A DNA stretch of 64,000 bases from Candidatus Poriferisocius sp. GTDB taxonomy: Bacteria; Actinomycetota; Acidimicrobiia; Acidimicrobiales; Bin134. Below are positions 1 to 9,335 of the stretch, one piece after another. The notes beneath the pieces are model-generated. The model saw nothing but the letters and a program-made list of their open reading frames with translations. It was not told the DNA's origin and searched no databases. The stretch spans positions 180,922 to 244,921 of the forward strand of contig NZ_CBDCAT010000026.1 in the NCBI RefSeq assembly GCF_965214065.1. Direction: 5' to 3'. Within the stretch, counting starts at the first letter, position 1, and every line of letters starts with the position of its first letter. A program made the position numbers and the translations under genes.

Positions 1-367
1 GGTTGGGGTACTGGGCGCACCAGTCGGCCAGCCAGCGGTTGTGGGCCCGGATGCCGGCCAGCCGGTGCTCGAGCTGATCGGCCCGGGGCGGGCGGGCGAA
101 CAGGATGAAGCTGGGGAAGAACGGGGGCACGGTGTTGGGGAACACCACCTCGCCCACCTGGCCGTCGGCGTATAGGTCGCCCAATCGGCGCTCGTTGTCC
201 CAGTTGCGCACCCGGCCGCCGTCTTGGAGGTCGCGGAACGGGTTGCGGTACTTATCCCGCCAGGCGTCGAAATCGTCGTGGTACTTGGATTCCAAAAACC
301 CGCGATAGGTCTCGTGGTTGGCGCCGGCGTGGCAGTCGGCCGAGATGATGGTGTATCGGTCGCTCAT
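1..367 (-). CDS. amidohydrolase family protein (amidohydrolase_2-like); N-terminal part only, the rest lies outside the window
   Basis: Absent from the ORF track because it runs off the window edge. The reverse complement from the ATG (cat at 365-367) reads MSDRYTIISADCHAGANHETYRGFLESKYHDDFDAWRDKYRN... The 'ISADxH' N-terminus is the same type as the amidohydrolase at 13539-14705. Confidence 0.7.
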   Translation of the reverse strand, partial: MSDRYTIISADCHAGANHETYRGFLESKYHDDFDAWRDKYRNPFRDLQDGGRVRNWDNERRLGDLYADGQVGEVVFPNTVPPFFPSFILFARPPRADQLEHRLAGIRAHNRWLADWCAQYPN

Positions 368-385
368 TCCACTAGTTTGCCAACT

Positions 386-742
386 GTGAGCAACTCGCCG
401 GGCATCGTGGAAGGGGAGTGGGACGACCAGCCCCGCAACTGGCGGACATTCTTCAAGCGCTGGCGCCGCAGCAAGGAGCTGTTCCGATTCGAGGTGGTCC
501 GCACCGAGGCCATGTCTGCCGACGATTTCTTCGTAATCGGACGAGCCGCCTCCGGCCGCATCAAAGTAGGCGATGCCGTGGCAGTCGACATTGGCGATCA
601 AATGATCTCCACCCGGGTCACCTCCATCGACCACACCGTGCAGAACGACGAAGAGTTCCACATGCTCATGGCCCTCAAACTCGAAGGCATCGGCCCCGAC
701 TCCGGCATCGAGCCCGGCGCCATCGTCCGCCAGCCTTTCTAG
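386..742 (+). CDS. hypothetical small protein (possible beta-barrel domain); start uncertain
   Basis: 3' part of track ORF 224-742. The 5' part overlaps the amidohydrolase start, so an internal GTG/TTG start (377/386/407) is more likely. GC3-rich frame. No family recognised. Confidence 0.35.
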   Translation: MSNSPGIVEGEWDDQPRNWRTFFKRWRRSKELFRFEVVRTEAMSADDFFVIGRAASGRIKVGDAVAVDIGDQMISTRVTSIDHTVQNDEEFHMLMALKLEGIGPDSGIEPGAIVRQPF

Positions 743-1002
743 CTGGTATTCAAACAATCCCGCAGGGGAAGGGTCAGACCTGCTTCGGCCTCGGCGCGCG
801 ACCTGCGAAGCGATCCCACCAACTCAGGATCCCTCATGATGTCAAGGGTCTCTTCTAGGGATTCGAGATAGTCGCAATTGACCAGCATGAACGACGGCCG
901 ACCATTGCGGGTGACCATGATCCGATCCCGCTCCTTATCGACGCGGTCAGCAAGCTCCGAAAGATGGCTTTTGACTTCGGAAAAAGGCAGTATCGACCTC
1001 AT
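739..1002 (-). CDS. type II antitoxin, Phd/YefM family
   Basis: MRSILPFSEVKSHLSELADRVDKERDRIMVTRNGRPSFMLVNCDYLESLEETLDIMRDPELV is the typical Phd/YefM pattern. Start placed at the second in-frame Met of ORF 739-1026. Confidence 0.75.
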   Translation of the reverse strand: MRSILPFSEVKSHLSELADRVDKERDRIMVTRNGRPSFMLVNCDYLESLEETLDIMRDPELVGSLRRSRAEAEAGLTLPLRDCLNTS

Positions 1003-1048
1003 TGACCATAACTCTGACCTCTTCAAAGCGAATTGGCAAGCAACTTGC

Positions 1049-1891
1049 TTACGGTGTGAGGAGTTGGCCGAGGCGGCGGCTGGCGATGGTGGCGCCGGCG
1101 GCGGCTAGGGCCAGCAGATAGGCGATGTGGACTAGTAGGTCCACGCTGATGTCGCCGGCGATGAAGGCTCGTTCCATGGCTACTCCGTGGTAGAGGGGGG
1201 TGGCTTGGACAAGGAACTGGACGGCGCGGGGGTAGGTGTCCAGGGGGAAGAAGGTGGCGGAGAACAGGAACTGGACGATTAGGGGCACGGTTACCAGGTC
1301 GAGGTCGTTCCAGCTGCGCATGTAGCTGGTGGCGGCCATGCCCAGGGCTGCGAACGTGAAGCCGATCAAGGTGGCTCCGGGCAGTGCGGCTATGGCCCAC
1401 ACCGAGTCCACCAGCCCCAGCCCGGCCATGATCCCCAGGAAGCCGCCGGAATAAAGGGTGGCCCGCAGCACCGACCAGCCCATTTCGCCCAGGGCCAAAT
1501 CAACCACACTTACCGGGGTGGCCAGTACCGCGTCGTAGATCTTGGCCCAGGTGAGCTTGTAGTACATGTTCATGGTGCTGTCGTAGAAGGTGCCGTTCAT
1601 GGCCGAGGTGGCCAGAAGCCCCGGTGCCACGAAAGTGCGGTAATCAATGGAGCGCCCTCCGACGGTCACGTCTCCCACCAGCTCTCCGATGCCGATGCCG
1701 ATGGACAGCAGATAGAACACCGGCTCGAAGAACCCCGACAACAGGGTGACCCAGGTGCGCCGGTAAACGGTGATGTTGCGCTCGACAACGCGGGTGAATC
1801 GTCTAGACGGCAGCACTCCCGCCGCCGCGGCCAATCCCAGCCGGTTGGGACGGCGCCCCTGGCCCGTGGTGTCCACTCCTGTGGCGCTCAT
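1049..1891 (-). CDS. ABC-2 type transporter permease
   Basis: Multi-TM protein (…VYRRTWVTLLSGFFEPVFYLLSIGIGIG…). The ATG at 1891 overlaps the stop of the upstream permease (ATGA). Third gene of an ATPase-permease-permease operon. Confidence 0.8.
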   Translation of the reverse strand: MSATGVDTTGQGRRPNRLGLAAAAGVLPSRRFTRVVERNITVYRRTWVTLLSGFFEPVFYLLSIGIGIGELVGDVTVGGRSIDYRTFVAPGLLATSAMNGTFYDSTMNMYYKLTWAKIYDAVLATPVSVVDLALGEMGWSVLRATLYSGGFLGIMAGLGLVDSVWAIAALPGATLIGFTFAALGMAATSYMRSWNDLDLVTVPLIVQFLFSATFFPLDTYPRAVQFLVQATPLYHGVAMERAFIAGDISVDLLVHIAYLLALAAAGATIASRRLGQLLTP

Positions 1892-2682
1892 TCGTACAGC
1901 CTTCGGGTGAAGGTTCTGCTGGCAATCAGCGTGCCGACCAGGATGAGGGCCACAAGGTAGGCCAGGTGCCCGGCCAGCTCCCAGTTCACCCCGCTGCCGG
2001 TGCTCAACGCCCGGCACAGCCTCACGCCGTGCCACACCGGGGTGAGCCAAGCGATCTGTTCAAGGACAATCGGGAGTTGCGATACCGGGTAGAAGATGCC
2101 GGAGAATAAGAACATGGGCATGATCACGAACCGGGTATAAGTACTGAAGTTGTCGGCATTGATCCGGGTGGCGACGAAGGCCGCGGTGGGGGTGGCGAAG
2201 GCCATGCCGCACAGGGCGGCGCATAACGGGGCCAGCACTGCCAGCGGCGACGACACTGACCCAAAGGCGGCCATAACCCCCAAGAACACGAAGCTTGCCA
2301 ACGTCACCCGAAAGGCCATGTACGTCAAATGGCCAAGCAGAATGTCGCGGCCCCGCAACGGGGAAGAGGCCATGGCCATATAGGTGCGGTACCACTTGAA
2401 GCCGCCCAGTACCGGATAGGTGGACTCGTTGACCGCCAGCATCATGGCATTGCCGGCCAGCAACCCGGGGGCCAGGAAATCCAGGTAGTCGAGCCCGCCG
2501 AGGTCGCGGCCGGAACCAACCTCGGCATCCACCAGCGAGCCCAGACCCAATCCCATGGCGGCCAGGAACAGAATCGGACTCAAGAAACTGGTCAGGAGCG
2601 AGCCCTTCCAGTTGCGGCGATAGGTCAACAGCCAGTACTCGACGGCCAGTCGAGTACTGGGGACCACTGCGGCGGGGGCCAT
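1888..2682 (-). CDS. ABC-2 type transporter permease
   Basis: 264 aa hydrophobic protein (…YWLLTYRRNWKGSLLTSFLSPILFLAAMG…). Its start overlaps the ATPase stop by 1 nt (TGATG). Confidence 0.8.
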   Translation of the reverse strand: MAPAAVVPSTRLAVEYWLLTYRRNWKGSLLTSFLSPILFLAAMGLGLGSLVDAEVGSGRDLGGLDYLDFLAPGLLAGNAMMLAVNESTYPVLGGFKWYRTYMAMASSPLRGRDILLGHLTYMAFRVTLASFVFLGVMAAFGSVSSPLAVLAPLCAALCGMAFATPTAAFVATRINADNFSTYTRFVIMPMFLFSGIFYPVSQLPIVLEQIAWLTPVWHGVRLCRALSTGSGVNWELAGHLAYLVALILVGTLIASRTFTRRLYE

Positions 2683-3629
2683 CAGTCCACCAGCGAGCGG
2701 CCGGTGAGGTGCAAGAAGACGTCTTCGAGGGTGCTGCGGCGCACGAGCACGCTCTCATGCTCGACCTCCCCGAGCAAGGCCACCAGCCGTTCGCCCTGGT
2801 CGGTATAGAGGAGCACTCGATCGGGCAGCTCCTCCACCCGCTCATAGAGCTCCTCTTTCGCTTGGGCCTCGGGGCTCTCGCCCAAGCGGCGCAACGCCTC
2901 GGCCATCACCGTCACCTGTCCATGGGTTCGCACCTCCACCACCTCGCGGGTGGAGTAGCGCTCGATCAACTGGCGGGGCGATCCCTCGGCCACGATCTTG
3001 CCCCGGTCCATCACCACCAACCGGTCGCACAGCTGTTCGGCCTCGTCCATGTAGTGGGTGGTGAGCACTTGGGTCACCCCTTGGCGCTTTAGCGTCCACA
3101 GCCGCTCCCACACCACATGGCGGGCTTGGGGGTCGAGGCCGGTGGTGGGCTCATCCAGCAGCAGCACCTCGGGCTCGCTGATCAAGGCCCGGGCGATGGT
3201 CAGTCGGCGCTTCATGCCCCCAGACAGCGGTTCCACGTGGTCGTTGCCCCGCTCGGTGAGCTGTACGAACTCCAACAATTCAGCGATTCGGGTGCGCAGC
3301 ATCGACCGGGGCAGGTCGAAGTAGCGCCCATAGACGTAAAGGTTCTCGGCCACCGACAGTTCTTCGTCGAGGTTGTCCTGCTGGGGGACCACCCCGAGGC
3401 GAGACCGGATCTTGGTGCCCTCACGGGAAGGGTCCATTCCCAGGATGCGCAGGGCGCCGCCGGTGGGGGCGGACACACAGCCGATCATTCGCATGGTGGA
3501 CGACTTGCCTGCACCGTTGGGTCCCAGAAAGCCGAACACCTCGCCCCGTTCGACCTCGAAGTCGATGCCGTCCACCGCGGTGAAGTCGCCGAATTGCTTG
3601 GTCAGCCCCCACGCAGCGATCAAAGACAC
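2682..3629 (-). CDS. ABC transporter ATP-binding protein (DrrA/NodI-like exporter ATPase)
   Basis: Walker A GPNGAGKSS, signature LSGGMKRRL and Walker B LLLDEPTTGLD are all visible. GTG start. Confidence 0.9.
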   Translation of the reverse strand: MSLIAAWGLTKQFGDFTAVDGIDFEVERGEVFGFLGPNGAGKSSTMRMIGCVSAPTGGALRILGMDPSREGTKIRSRLGVVPQQDNLDEELSVAENLYVYGRYFDLPRSMLRTRIAELLEFVQLTERGNDHVEPLSGGMKRRLTIARALISEPEVLLLDEPTTGLDPQARHVVWERLWTLKRQGVTQVLTTHYMDEAEQLCDRLVVMDRGKIVAEGSPRQLIERYSTREVVEVRTHGQVTVMAEALRRLGESPEAQAKEELYERVEELPDRVLLYTDQGERLVALLGEVEHESVLVRRSTLEDVFLHLTGRSLVD

Positions 3630-3753
3630 TTGGTGAGGATACGGCCACGCCGCTGCCCGCGGGCAGTTCTGAATTGATGACTATTCGATGTGGTGGTCCG
3701 AACCAGCGCCTGCGTGCAGACCCCGTTGCTGTCGATGGGCCATGATGGGGCCC

Positions 3754-5760
3754 ATGAGCTTTGAGCATTTGCTGTCACCGGGGCGCATTGGCACTTTGGA
3801 GCTGCGCAATCGGCTGATCATGGCCCCGATGGGCGAGGAGTTGGGCGACGAGAACGGCGAGGTGTCCGACGACCAGGCAGCCTACCTAGAGGCTAGGGCC
3901 AAGGGCGGCATGGCCGTGGTGATGCTGGGGTCGGTGGGAGTGGCCCATCCGGTTGGCTGCTCCAACAAGCGCCAGACCGCCATCTCCGAGGACCGGTTCA
4001 TCCCATCGTGGAAGCGGGCGGCGGACCGGGTCCACGCCCACGGCGGCAAGATCGCCATGCAGCTTACCCACGCCGGCAAGATGGGCCTCCAGGACACCAT
4101 GGCTGGGCGCCCCATGTGGGTTCCCTCGCAGCCCGGGGAAATGACCGTCGACCCGCTGTACGGCATGGTCACCGCCGAAGAGGGTGCCATGATGGCCGAG
4201 CCGTTCATGGCGCCCACCTCCAATCCCCACTACCGGGTGATGGACCACGACGACATAGCCACCGTGGTCGACCAGTTCGCATCAGCCACCGTGCGGGCGC
4301 GGGAGGCAGGGGTGGACGCGGTGGAGCTGCACGGTGGCCACGGCTACCTAATCGATGCCTTCTTGTCGCCCACTATCAACACCCGCGACGACGAATACGG
4401 GGGGTCGAGAGAGAACCGGGCCCGGTTCTTGGTGGAGATCCTCACCGAGATCCGCCGACGGGTGGGCGACGACTACGCCATGTGGGTGCGGCTCAACAGC
4501 ACCGAGGTGGGCATCAACGGCATCGTCCTCGACGACGCCCTCTACAACGCCCGCCAAGCGGCGGCAGCCGGAGCTGATGCCATCCACGTGTCGGCCTATC
4601 ACGACCCCGGCATCGCCACCGGACCCACTGACTCCTATGGTCCCCACGAGCCCGAGCTGCTTGTCCCCAACGCGGCTGCGGTCAAGGCAGAGGTGGACGT
4701 TCCGGTTATCGCGGTGGGGCGGATCAGCCCCGAAGCCGCCGACCGCCACATCGCCGAGGGCAAATACGACTATGTGGCCATGGGCCGCAAGATCCTGGCC
4801 GACCCCGACCTGCCCAACAAACTGGCCGAGGGCCGCTCCGAGGATGTCCGCCCCTGCGTGTACCACTATCGCTGCATCGGCAACATCTTTCTGCGGGTGG
4901 GCACCCGGTGCGCCGGGAACGGGTTCTTGGGTCGGGAGGACGAGCTGACCGCCGAGGCCGCGCCGGCCGCCCGGCGAGTGCTGGTGGTGGGCGGCGGACC
5001 CTCGGGCATGGAGACGGCCCGGGTGGCCGCCCTGCGGGGCCACGATGTGATCCTGGCTGAGGCGTCCAATCGACTGGGCGGCCGGTGGGCCCTGGCCTCG
5101 GCCACCAGCGATGTGAACGCCGAGCTCATGGAGTGGTTCGAGCGCCAGCTCGACCAACTCGGTGTGGATGTTCGGCTCAACACCCGGCTGGATGCGGCCG
5201 ACGCCGGCGCACTGTCACCCGACACAGTGGTGGTCGCGGTGGGCGGACAATGGGGCCGCCCCGAAGTCGACGGCATTGACGGTCCCAATGTGTGGGGAGT
5301 GGACGACCTGGCCCCGTGGCTGCTCGACGGCAATCCGCTGGATGCTGGCCGGTTGGCGGTGCTGGGCGGAGACCTGCCTGGCCTTGGGGTGACCGAGACC
5401 GCCCACCATCAGGGCGCCGAGGTGACGCTGATCGAGTCTGGCCCCGCTTTCGGATTCTCCCTCGGGTTGCCTGGGCGGTGGCGGGTGGTCAACGACCTCG
5501 GCCAAGCCGGGGTGAACCTGGTGGCCGGTGCCGAAGTTGTAGCCATTACCGACGAAGGGGTGGTGTGGCGCACCAACGGCGCCGAGCAGACCACTCCCGC
5601 CGATCTGGTGGTGGTGACCTCTGAGCTGGCTGCTGACACGTCGTTGGCTGATGAGCTGAAGTCGTCGGGCGCAGAGGTCCACTCGGTGGGCGACTGCGCC
5701 CAACCCGGCTTTCTAGAAGGGGCTATGCGCTCCGCGGTCGAGTTGGCCGCCACGCTGTAG
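3754..5760 (+). CDS. NADH:flavin oxidoreductase (old-yellow-enzyme TIM barrel) fused to an FAD/NAD(P)-binding domain; 2,4-dienoyl-CoA reductase-like
   Basis: N-terminus MSFEHLLSPGRIGTLELRNRLIMAPMGE and HGGHGYLIDAFLSP are OYE motifs. The C-terminal half carries VLVVGGGPSGMETA (Rossmann GxGxxG). Start moved to the Met that gives a canonical N-terminus. Confidence 0.85.
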   Translation: MSFEHLLSPGRIGTLELRNRLIMAPMGEELGDENGEVSDDQAAYLEARAKGGMAVVMLGSVGVAHPVGCSNKRQTAISEDRFIPSWKRAADRVHAHGGKIAMQLTHAGKMGLQDTMAGRPMWVPSQPGEMTVDPLYGMVTAEEGAMMAEPFMAPTSNPHYRVMDHDDIATVVDQFASATVRAREAGVDAVELHGGHGYLIDAFLSPTINTRDDEYGGSRENRARFLVEILTEIRRRVGDDYAMWVRLNSTEVGINGIVLDDALYNARQAAAAGADAIHVSAYHDPGIATGPTDSYGPHEPELLVPNAAAVKAEVDVPVIAVGRISPEAADRHIAEGKYDYVAMGRKILADPDLPNKLAEGRSEDVRPCVYHYRCIGNIFLRVGTRCAGNGFLGREDELTAEAAPAARRVLVVGGGPSGMETARVAALRGHDVILAEASNRLGGRWALASATSDVNAELMEWFERQLDQLGVDVRLNTRLDAADAGALSPDTVVVAVGGQWGRPEVDGIDGPNVWGVDDLAPWLLDGNPLDAGRLAVLGGDLPGLGVTETAHHQGAEVTLIESGPAFGFSLGLPGRWRVVNDLGQAGVNLVAGAEVVAITDEGVVWRTNGAEQTTPADLVVVTSELAADTSLADELKSSGAEVHSVGDCAQPGFLEGAMRSAVELAATL

Positions 5761-5791
5761 CCCCAAGGGCGAAAGAGAAGAGGAGATCGCG

Positions 5792-6616
5792 ATGAGCTTT
5801 CGACTGGCCAGCCGCGCCGGGCAGGCGGTGCTGTTGGATGGGGAGAACTATTGGGCGTTGGGGATCGCCCCGATGGAAGCCCTTGGCCGTCTCGATGACC
5901 TACACCGCCAATGGGCTAGTCGGGACACCCCCGATGGCCAGGTGAGCCCGTCTGAACTGGGACCGCCGGTGCCCGATCCCAAGCAGGTGTTCGCTTATGG
6001 GCTCAACTACCGCGACCACATCGAGGAGATGGACGAGGTGGATTATCTGGGCCGCACCTCCAACGAGGCGCCAGTGGTGTTCACCAAGTTCCCCAACTGC
6101 CTGGTCGGCCCGGCCGCACCGGTCAAGCTTGTGGGCGACCACTGCGACTACGAGTGCGAGCTGGTGGTGGCAATCGGGGCCGAGACCAGGAACATCGACG
6201 AGACCCAAGCCTGGGACCGGGTAGCCGGTCTGATGATCGGCCAGGACATATCCGACCGGGCCCTCCAAGTTGCGGCCACCCCGCCGCAGTTCAACCTGGG
6301 CAAGTCCCGGGAGTCCTTCGGCCCCACTGGCCCCGCTCTAGTGAGCCCCGACCTAGTGGACAACCCCGACGATCTGGCCATCTCCTGTCGCATCAACGGC
6401 GAGCTGCGCCAAAACAGCCGCACCAGCTACCTCATTCGCCCCGTAGCCGAAATCGTCGCCTACTTGTCGTCGATCCTCACTCTGCACCCGGGCGACCTCA
6501 TCTTCACCGGTACTCCCGGCGGCGTCGGTCAGGCCTTGGGCCTCTACTTGAAGCCGGGCGATGTAATCCTCTCCGAGATCGAAGGCCTCGGCACGCTGGA
6601 GAACACCTGCGTATAG
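5792..6616 (+). CDS. fumarylacetoacetate hydrolase (FAH) family protein
   Basis: DYECELVVAIG, GQDISDR and LHPGDLIFTGTPGGVG motifs. A GGAG-type RBS lies upstream. Confidence 0.85.
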   Translation: MSFRLASRAGQAVLLDGENYWALGIAPMEALGRLDDLHRQWASRDTPDGQVSPSELGPPVPDPKQVFAYGLNYRDHIEEMDEVDYLGRTSNEAPVVFTKFPNCLVGPAAPVKLVGDHCDYECELVVAIGAETRNIDETQAWDRVAGLMIGQDISDRALQVAATPPQFNLGKSRESFGPTGPALVSPDLVDNPDDLAISCRINGELRQNSRTSYLIRPVAEIVAYLSSILTLHPGDLIFTGTPGGVGQALGLYLKPGDVILSEIEGLGTLENTCV

Positions 6617-6620
6617 GGAA

Positions 6621-7523
6621 CTAGGGCAGACCCAGCATATCTGCGGCCTGGTCGCAGCTCGCGATGGGACGGCCTACCTCGTTGCACAGAGCGACCGCCT
6701 CGGCCAGCAGCTCGTCGTTGGTAGGGGAGCGGTCGGGGTCGTAGAACTCCTCGATGCCAACGTGGAGGTGGCCGCCGAGCTCCAGGGCCAGGCGGGGCAG
6801 GGGGGTGGCCATGAGATCGCCACCCCACACCGATACCGACCAGGGGATGTTGGTGCCCTCCAGCATGTCGAGATAGGCCAGCAGGGCGTGCTTGGTGGGT
6901 GAGAGGCCGAAAGTAACGCCTTTCGATCGGCGGGTTAGGCCCCATTCGGCCCCGAAATAGAGCTTGGCCATCGACCCCGCAGGTAATTGCCCGGCCCGGT
7001 AATAGGAGAGCACACACTGCAAGAAGCCGGGCTCGTAGATGGCCAGCGCCGGTCCCCAGCCGTTGTCGCGGCACAAGTCGAAGCTGGCCCGGATATCGGC
7101 GTAGTCGTTCTTGTAGGTGCCACCCACCGGCAGGCCGTCAGGCCCGGCCGCCCCGATGTTGGTGGAACCCGGGTCAACCACCCCCATGCGCAGGGGCAAC
7201 TCGGCGGCGATCATGGCCATGTGGGCGTTCTTGGCCTGGTGGTCGGCGCCTGAGGTGAGCGTGGGATACCACAGGGCGTCGGGCCGGGCGGCCAGCACCG
7301 GGGTCATGGCCTCGATGTAAGGGCCAGCCGCGGCCTCGCCGGTAAGGCTGATGTCGAAGTTGTGGGTATGGATGATGGCCGCGCCTTGGTTAAGGCAAGC
7401 CAGGGAATCGTCCCTGATGGCCTCGGCGCTCAGCGGGACATTCGGGTTGATGTCGGGGCTGGTGATGCCGTTGATTGCCACCTCGATGATGACTGGGATT
7501 TCCTCGTTTGCAACTGCTGTCAT
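6621..7523 (-). CDS. 3-keto-5-aminohexanoate cleavage enzyme family (BKACE/DUF849)
   Basis: MTAVANEEIPVIIEVAINGITS… plus IIHTHNFD is typical of the BKACE TIM barrel. Start set at the internal Met (cat 7521-7523). Confidence 0.8.
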   Translation of the reverse strand: MTAVANEEIPVIIEVAINGITSPDINPNVPLSAEAIRDDSLACLNQGAAIIHTHNFDISLTGEAAAGPYIEAMTPVLAARPDALWYPTLTSGADHQAKNAHMAMIAAELPLRMGVVDPGSTNIGAAGPDGLPVGGTYKNDYADIRASFDLCRDNGWGPALAIYEPGFLQCVLSYYRAGQLPAGSMAKLYFGAEWGLTRRSKGVTFGLSPTKHALLAYLDMLEGTNIPWSVSVWGGDLMATPLPRLALELGGHLHVGIEEFYDPDRSPTNDELLAEAVALCNEVGRPIASCDQAADMLGLP

Positions 7524-7569
7524 GGGCTGAGAATAGGGGAACGTCGGCGGGCGTGGTTTACTGCGGGGC

Positions 7570-8556
7570 GTGGTTGCACCGGCAGGAGATGGTCCTTGGT
7601 TTGAGGACTTCAGAGTGGGCGAGCAGCTCGATCCCGCCCCGGCCATCACCATCGGGCCGGGCGAAGCGGCCGTGTATCAGGCCATCTGCGGCGACCCGCT
7701 GGCCATCAGCCTGAGCCGCCCGATGGCCGAGGCAATCACCGGGCAGCCCGGCTCGGTAGTCAACCCTGCCTTGGTGTTGCAGGTGGCCATCGGACAGTCC
7801 ACCGTGGCCACCCGCAAAGTGGTGGCCAACTTGTTCTATCGCGGGGTGCGCCAACTCCACACCGTGCGGGTGGGTGACACGCTCACCACGGTGGTCACCG
7901 TGCGGGGCCTGCGGGAGGCGTCGGCCCGGCCCGACCGACCGCCCCGGGGCCTGGTGCTTCTCGGCATCCAAACCCACGATGATCAGGGCCGACTGGTGCT
8001 CGACTTTGAGCGGTGCGCCCTGGTGCGTTGTCGATCTGATGCTTCCACCGGCCATGCCGATCACCTGGGAGGCGCCCCTGAAGAACTCGACATGGTCCCC
8101 GTTGTTGAAGCTGTCCCGTCCGACTGGGACTTGAGTCCGCTCGGAGGCCCCCAAGAGTGGCCGATAGGGGAGACCCGGCGCGATCCGCTGCGGGACACTG
8201 TGACCGACGCCCCCGCGCTGGTACGGCTCACCCAGAACCTGGCCCCGCCCCATCGGGATGCGTCATTGGGCCAGGGAGGCAAGCGGCTGGTGTACGGCGG
8301 GCACACCGTAGGGCTGGCCCAGGCTGGACTCGTGCGGCTGTTGCCCACCGCGGCCACGGTGGTGGGCTGGCACCTTTGCGACCACACCGGCCCGGTGTTC
8401 GAAGACGATGTAGTAGAAGTGTCAGCCACGCTTGACGCCATCCATCAGGTACCCAACGGCCGTCTGCTGGCCTTCACCGTGACCGTGCAGGCCGAGCGCA
8501 ACGGTGCCGAACCGGTTCCGGTGCTGGACTGGCGACCGATTGTGCTGGCCCCGTGA
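7570..8556 (+). CDS. MaoC-like (R)-hydratase / acyl dehydratase, double hot-dog type
   Basis: 328 aa. FEDFRVGEQL…NPALVLQVAIGQS… in the N-terminal half and a second hot-dog-like half (…YGGHTVGLAQAG…). GTG start. Confidence 0.7.
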   Translation: MVAPAGDGPWFEDFRVGEQLDPAPAITIGPGEAAVYQAICGDPLAISLSRPMAEAITGQPGSVVNPALVLQVAIGQSTVATRKVVANLFYRGVRQLHTVRVGDTLTTVVTVRGLREASARPDRPPRGLVLLGIQTHDDQGRLVLDFERCALVRCRSDASTGHADHLGGAPEELDMVPVVEAVPSDWDLSPLGGPQEWPIGETRRDPLRDTVTDAPALVRLTQNLAPPHRDASLGQGGKRLVYGGHTVGLAQAGLVRLLPTAATVVGWHLCDHTGPVFEDDVVEVSATLDAIHQVPNGRLLAFTVTVQAERNGAEPVPVLDWRPIVLAP

Positions 8557-9314
8557 GCAATACTCCAGAGCCCACAGACCACGAGCTGGCCCACTGGCTG
8601 GCCCACCAGGCTGGTGAGCAGCTCCAGGTCCTGTCAGATGAGATGGAGGAATCCCGCGCCGGTTACCTCCACCGCGAGATGGCTGGCGACCAGCTCAGCC
8701 ACCGCTATTTGACTGGTGCGCTGGCCCAACTGAGGCCGGACGACAATGTGCTCTCGGAGGAGGGGCGAGACGACCGCTCCCGCCTGGACGCCGAGCGGGT
8801 GTGGATCGTCGACCCGCTGGACGGGTCATCGGACTACGCCGACCAGTGGAGTGATACCTGGGCGGTCCACGTCGGGCTGTCGGTGAACGGCGAACCAGCG
8901 GCGGGGGCGGTTTCGGTGCCTCCTTGGGGCCGCACGTTCAGCACGATCAACCCCGATGGTCCACCGTCTGACAACGGGCGAAAGCGTCCGCTGGTGGTGA
9001 TGTCCCGCTCCCGGGTGCGATGGGATAGCCACCGCTTGGCCCGTCACCTGGACGCCGACGTGTACGGCGTGGGCTCGGCCGGGGTAAAAGCCATGGCCGT
9101 AGTCACTGGCGATGCCGACGCCTGGGTCCACGCCGGCGGGCTGTATGAGTGGGACACCTGCGCCCCGGCCGCCATTGCCTTGGCGGCTGGTCTGCACGCC
9201 TCCCATCTAGACGGCTCTCCGCTTCGCTACAACCGCAGTGACCTAGCCCAGTGGGGCATCCTTATCTGCCGCCCTGAACTGGCCAAAGACCTCCAGGCCG
9301 CATTCGCTGCCTGA
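8553..9314 (+). CDS. inositol monophosphatase family protein; 3'(2'),5'-bisphosphate nucleotidase CysQ-like
   Basis: WIVDPLDGSSDY metal-binding motif and C-terminal WDTCAPAAIALAAG. The GTG start overlaps the upstream stop. Confidence 0.8.
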   Translation: MSNTPEPTDHELAHWLAHQAGEQLQVLSDEMEESRAGYLHREMAGDQLSHRYLTGALAQLRPDDNVLSEEGRDDRSRLDAERVWIVDPLDGSSDYADQWSDTWAVHVGLSVNGEPAAGAVSVPPWGRTFSTINPDGPPSDNGRKRPLVVMSRSRVRWDSHRLARHLDADVYGVGSAGVKAMAVVTGDADAWVHAGGLYEWDTCAPAAIALAAGLHASHLDGSPLRYNRSDLAQWGILICRPELAKDLQAAFAA

Positions 9315-9335
9315 TACAAGCTCTATTCTGCGACC

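Noticed and set aside
224-385. N-terminal extension of ORF 224-742
   Set aside because: This part overlaps the well-supported amidohydrolase start region on the opposite strand, and its translation is Val/Gly/Pro-rich shadow-like sequence. A downstream start is more plausible.
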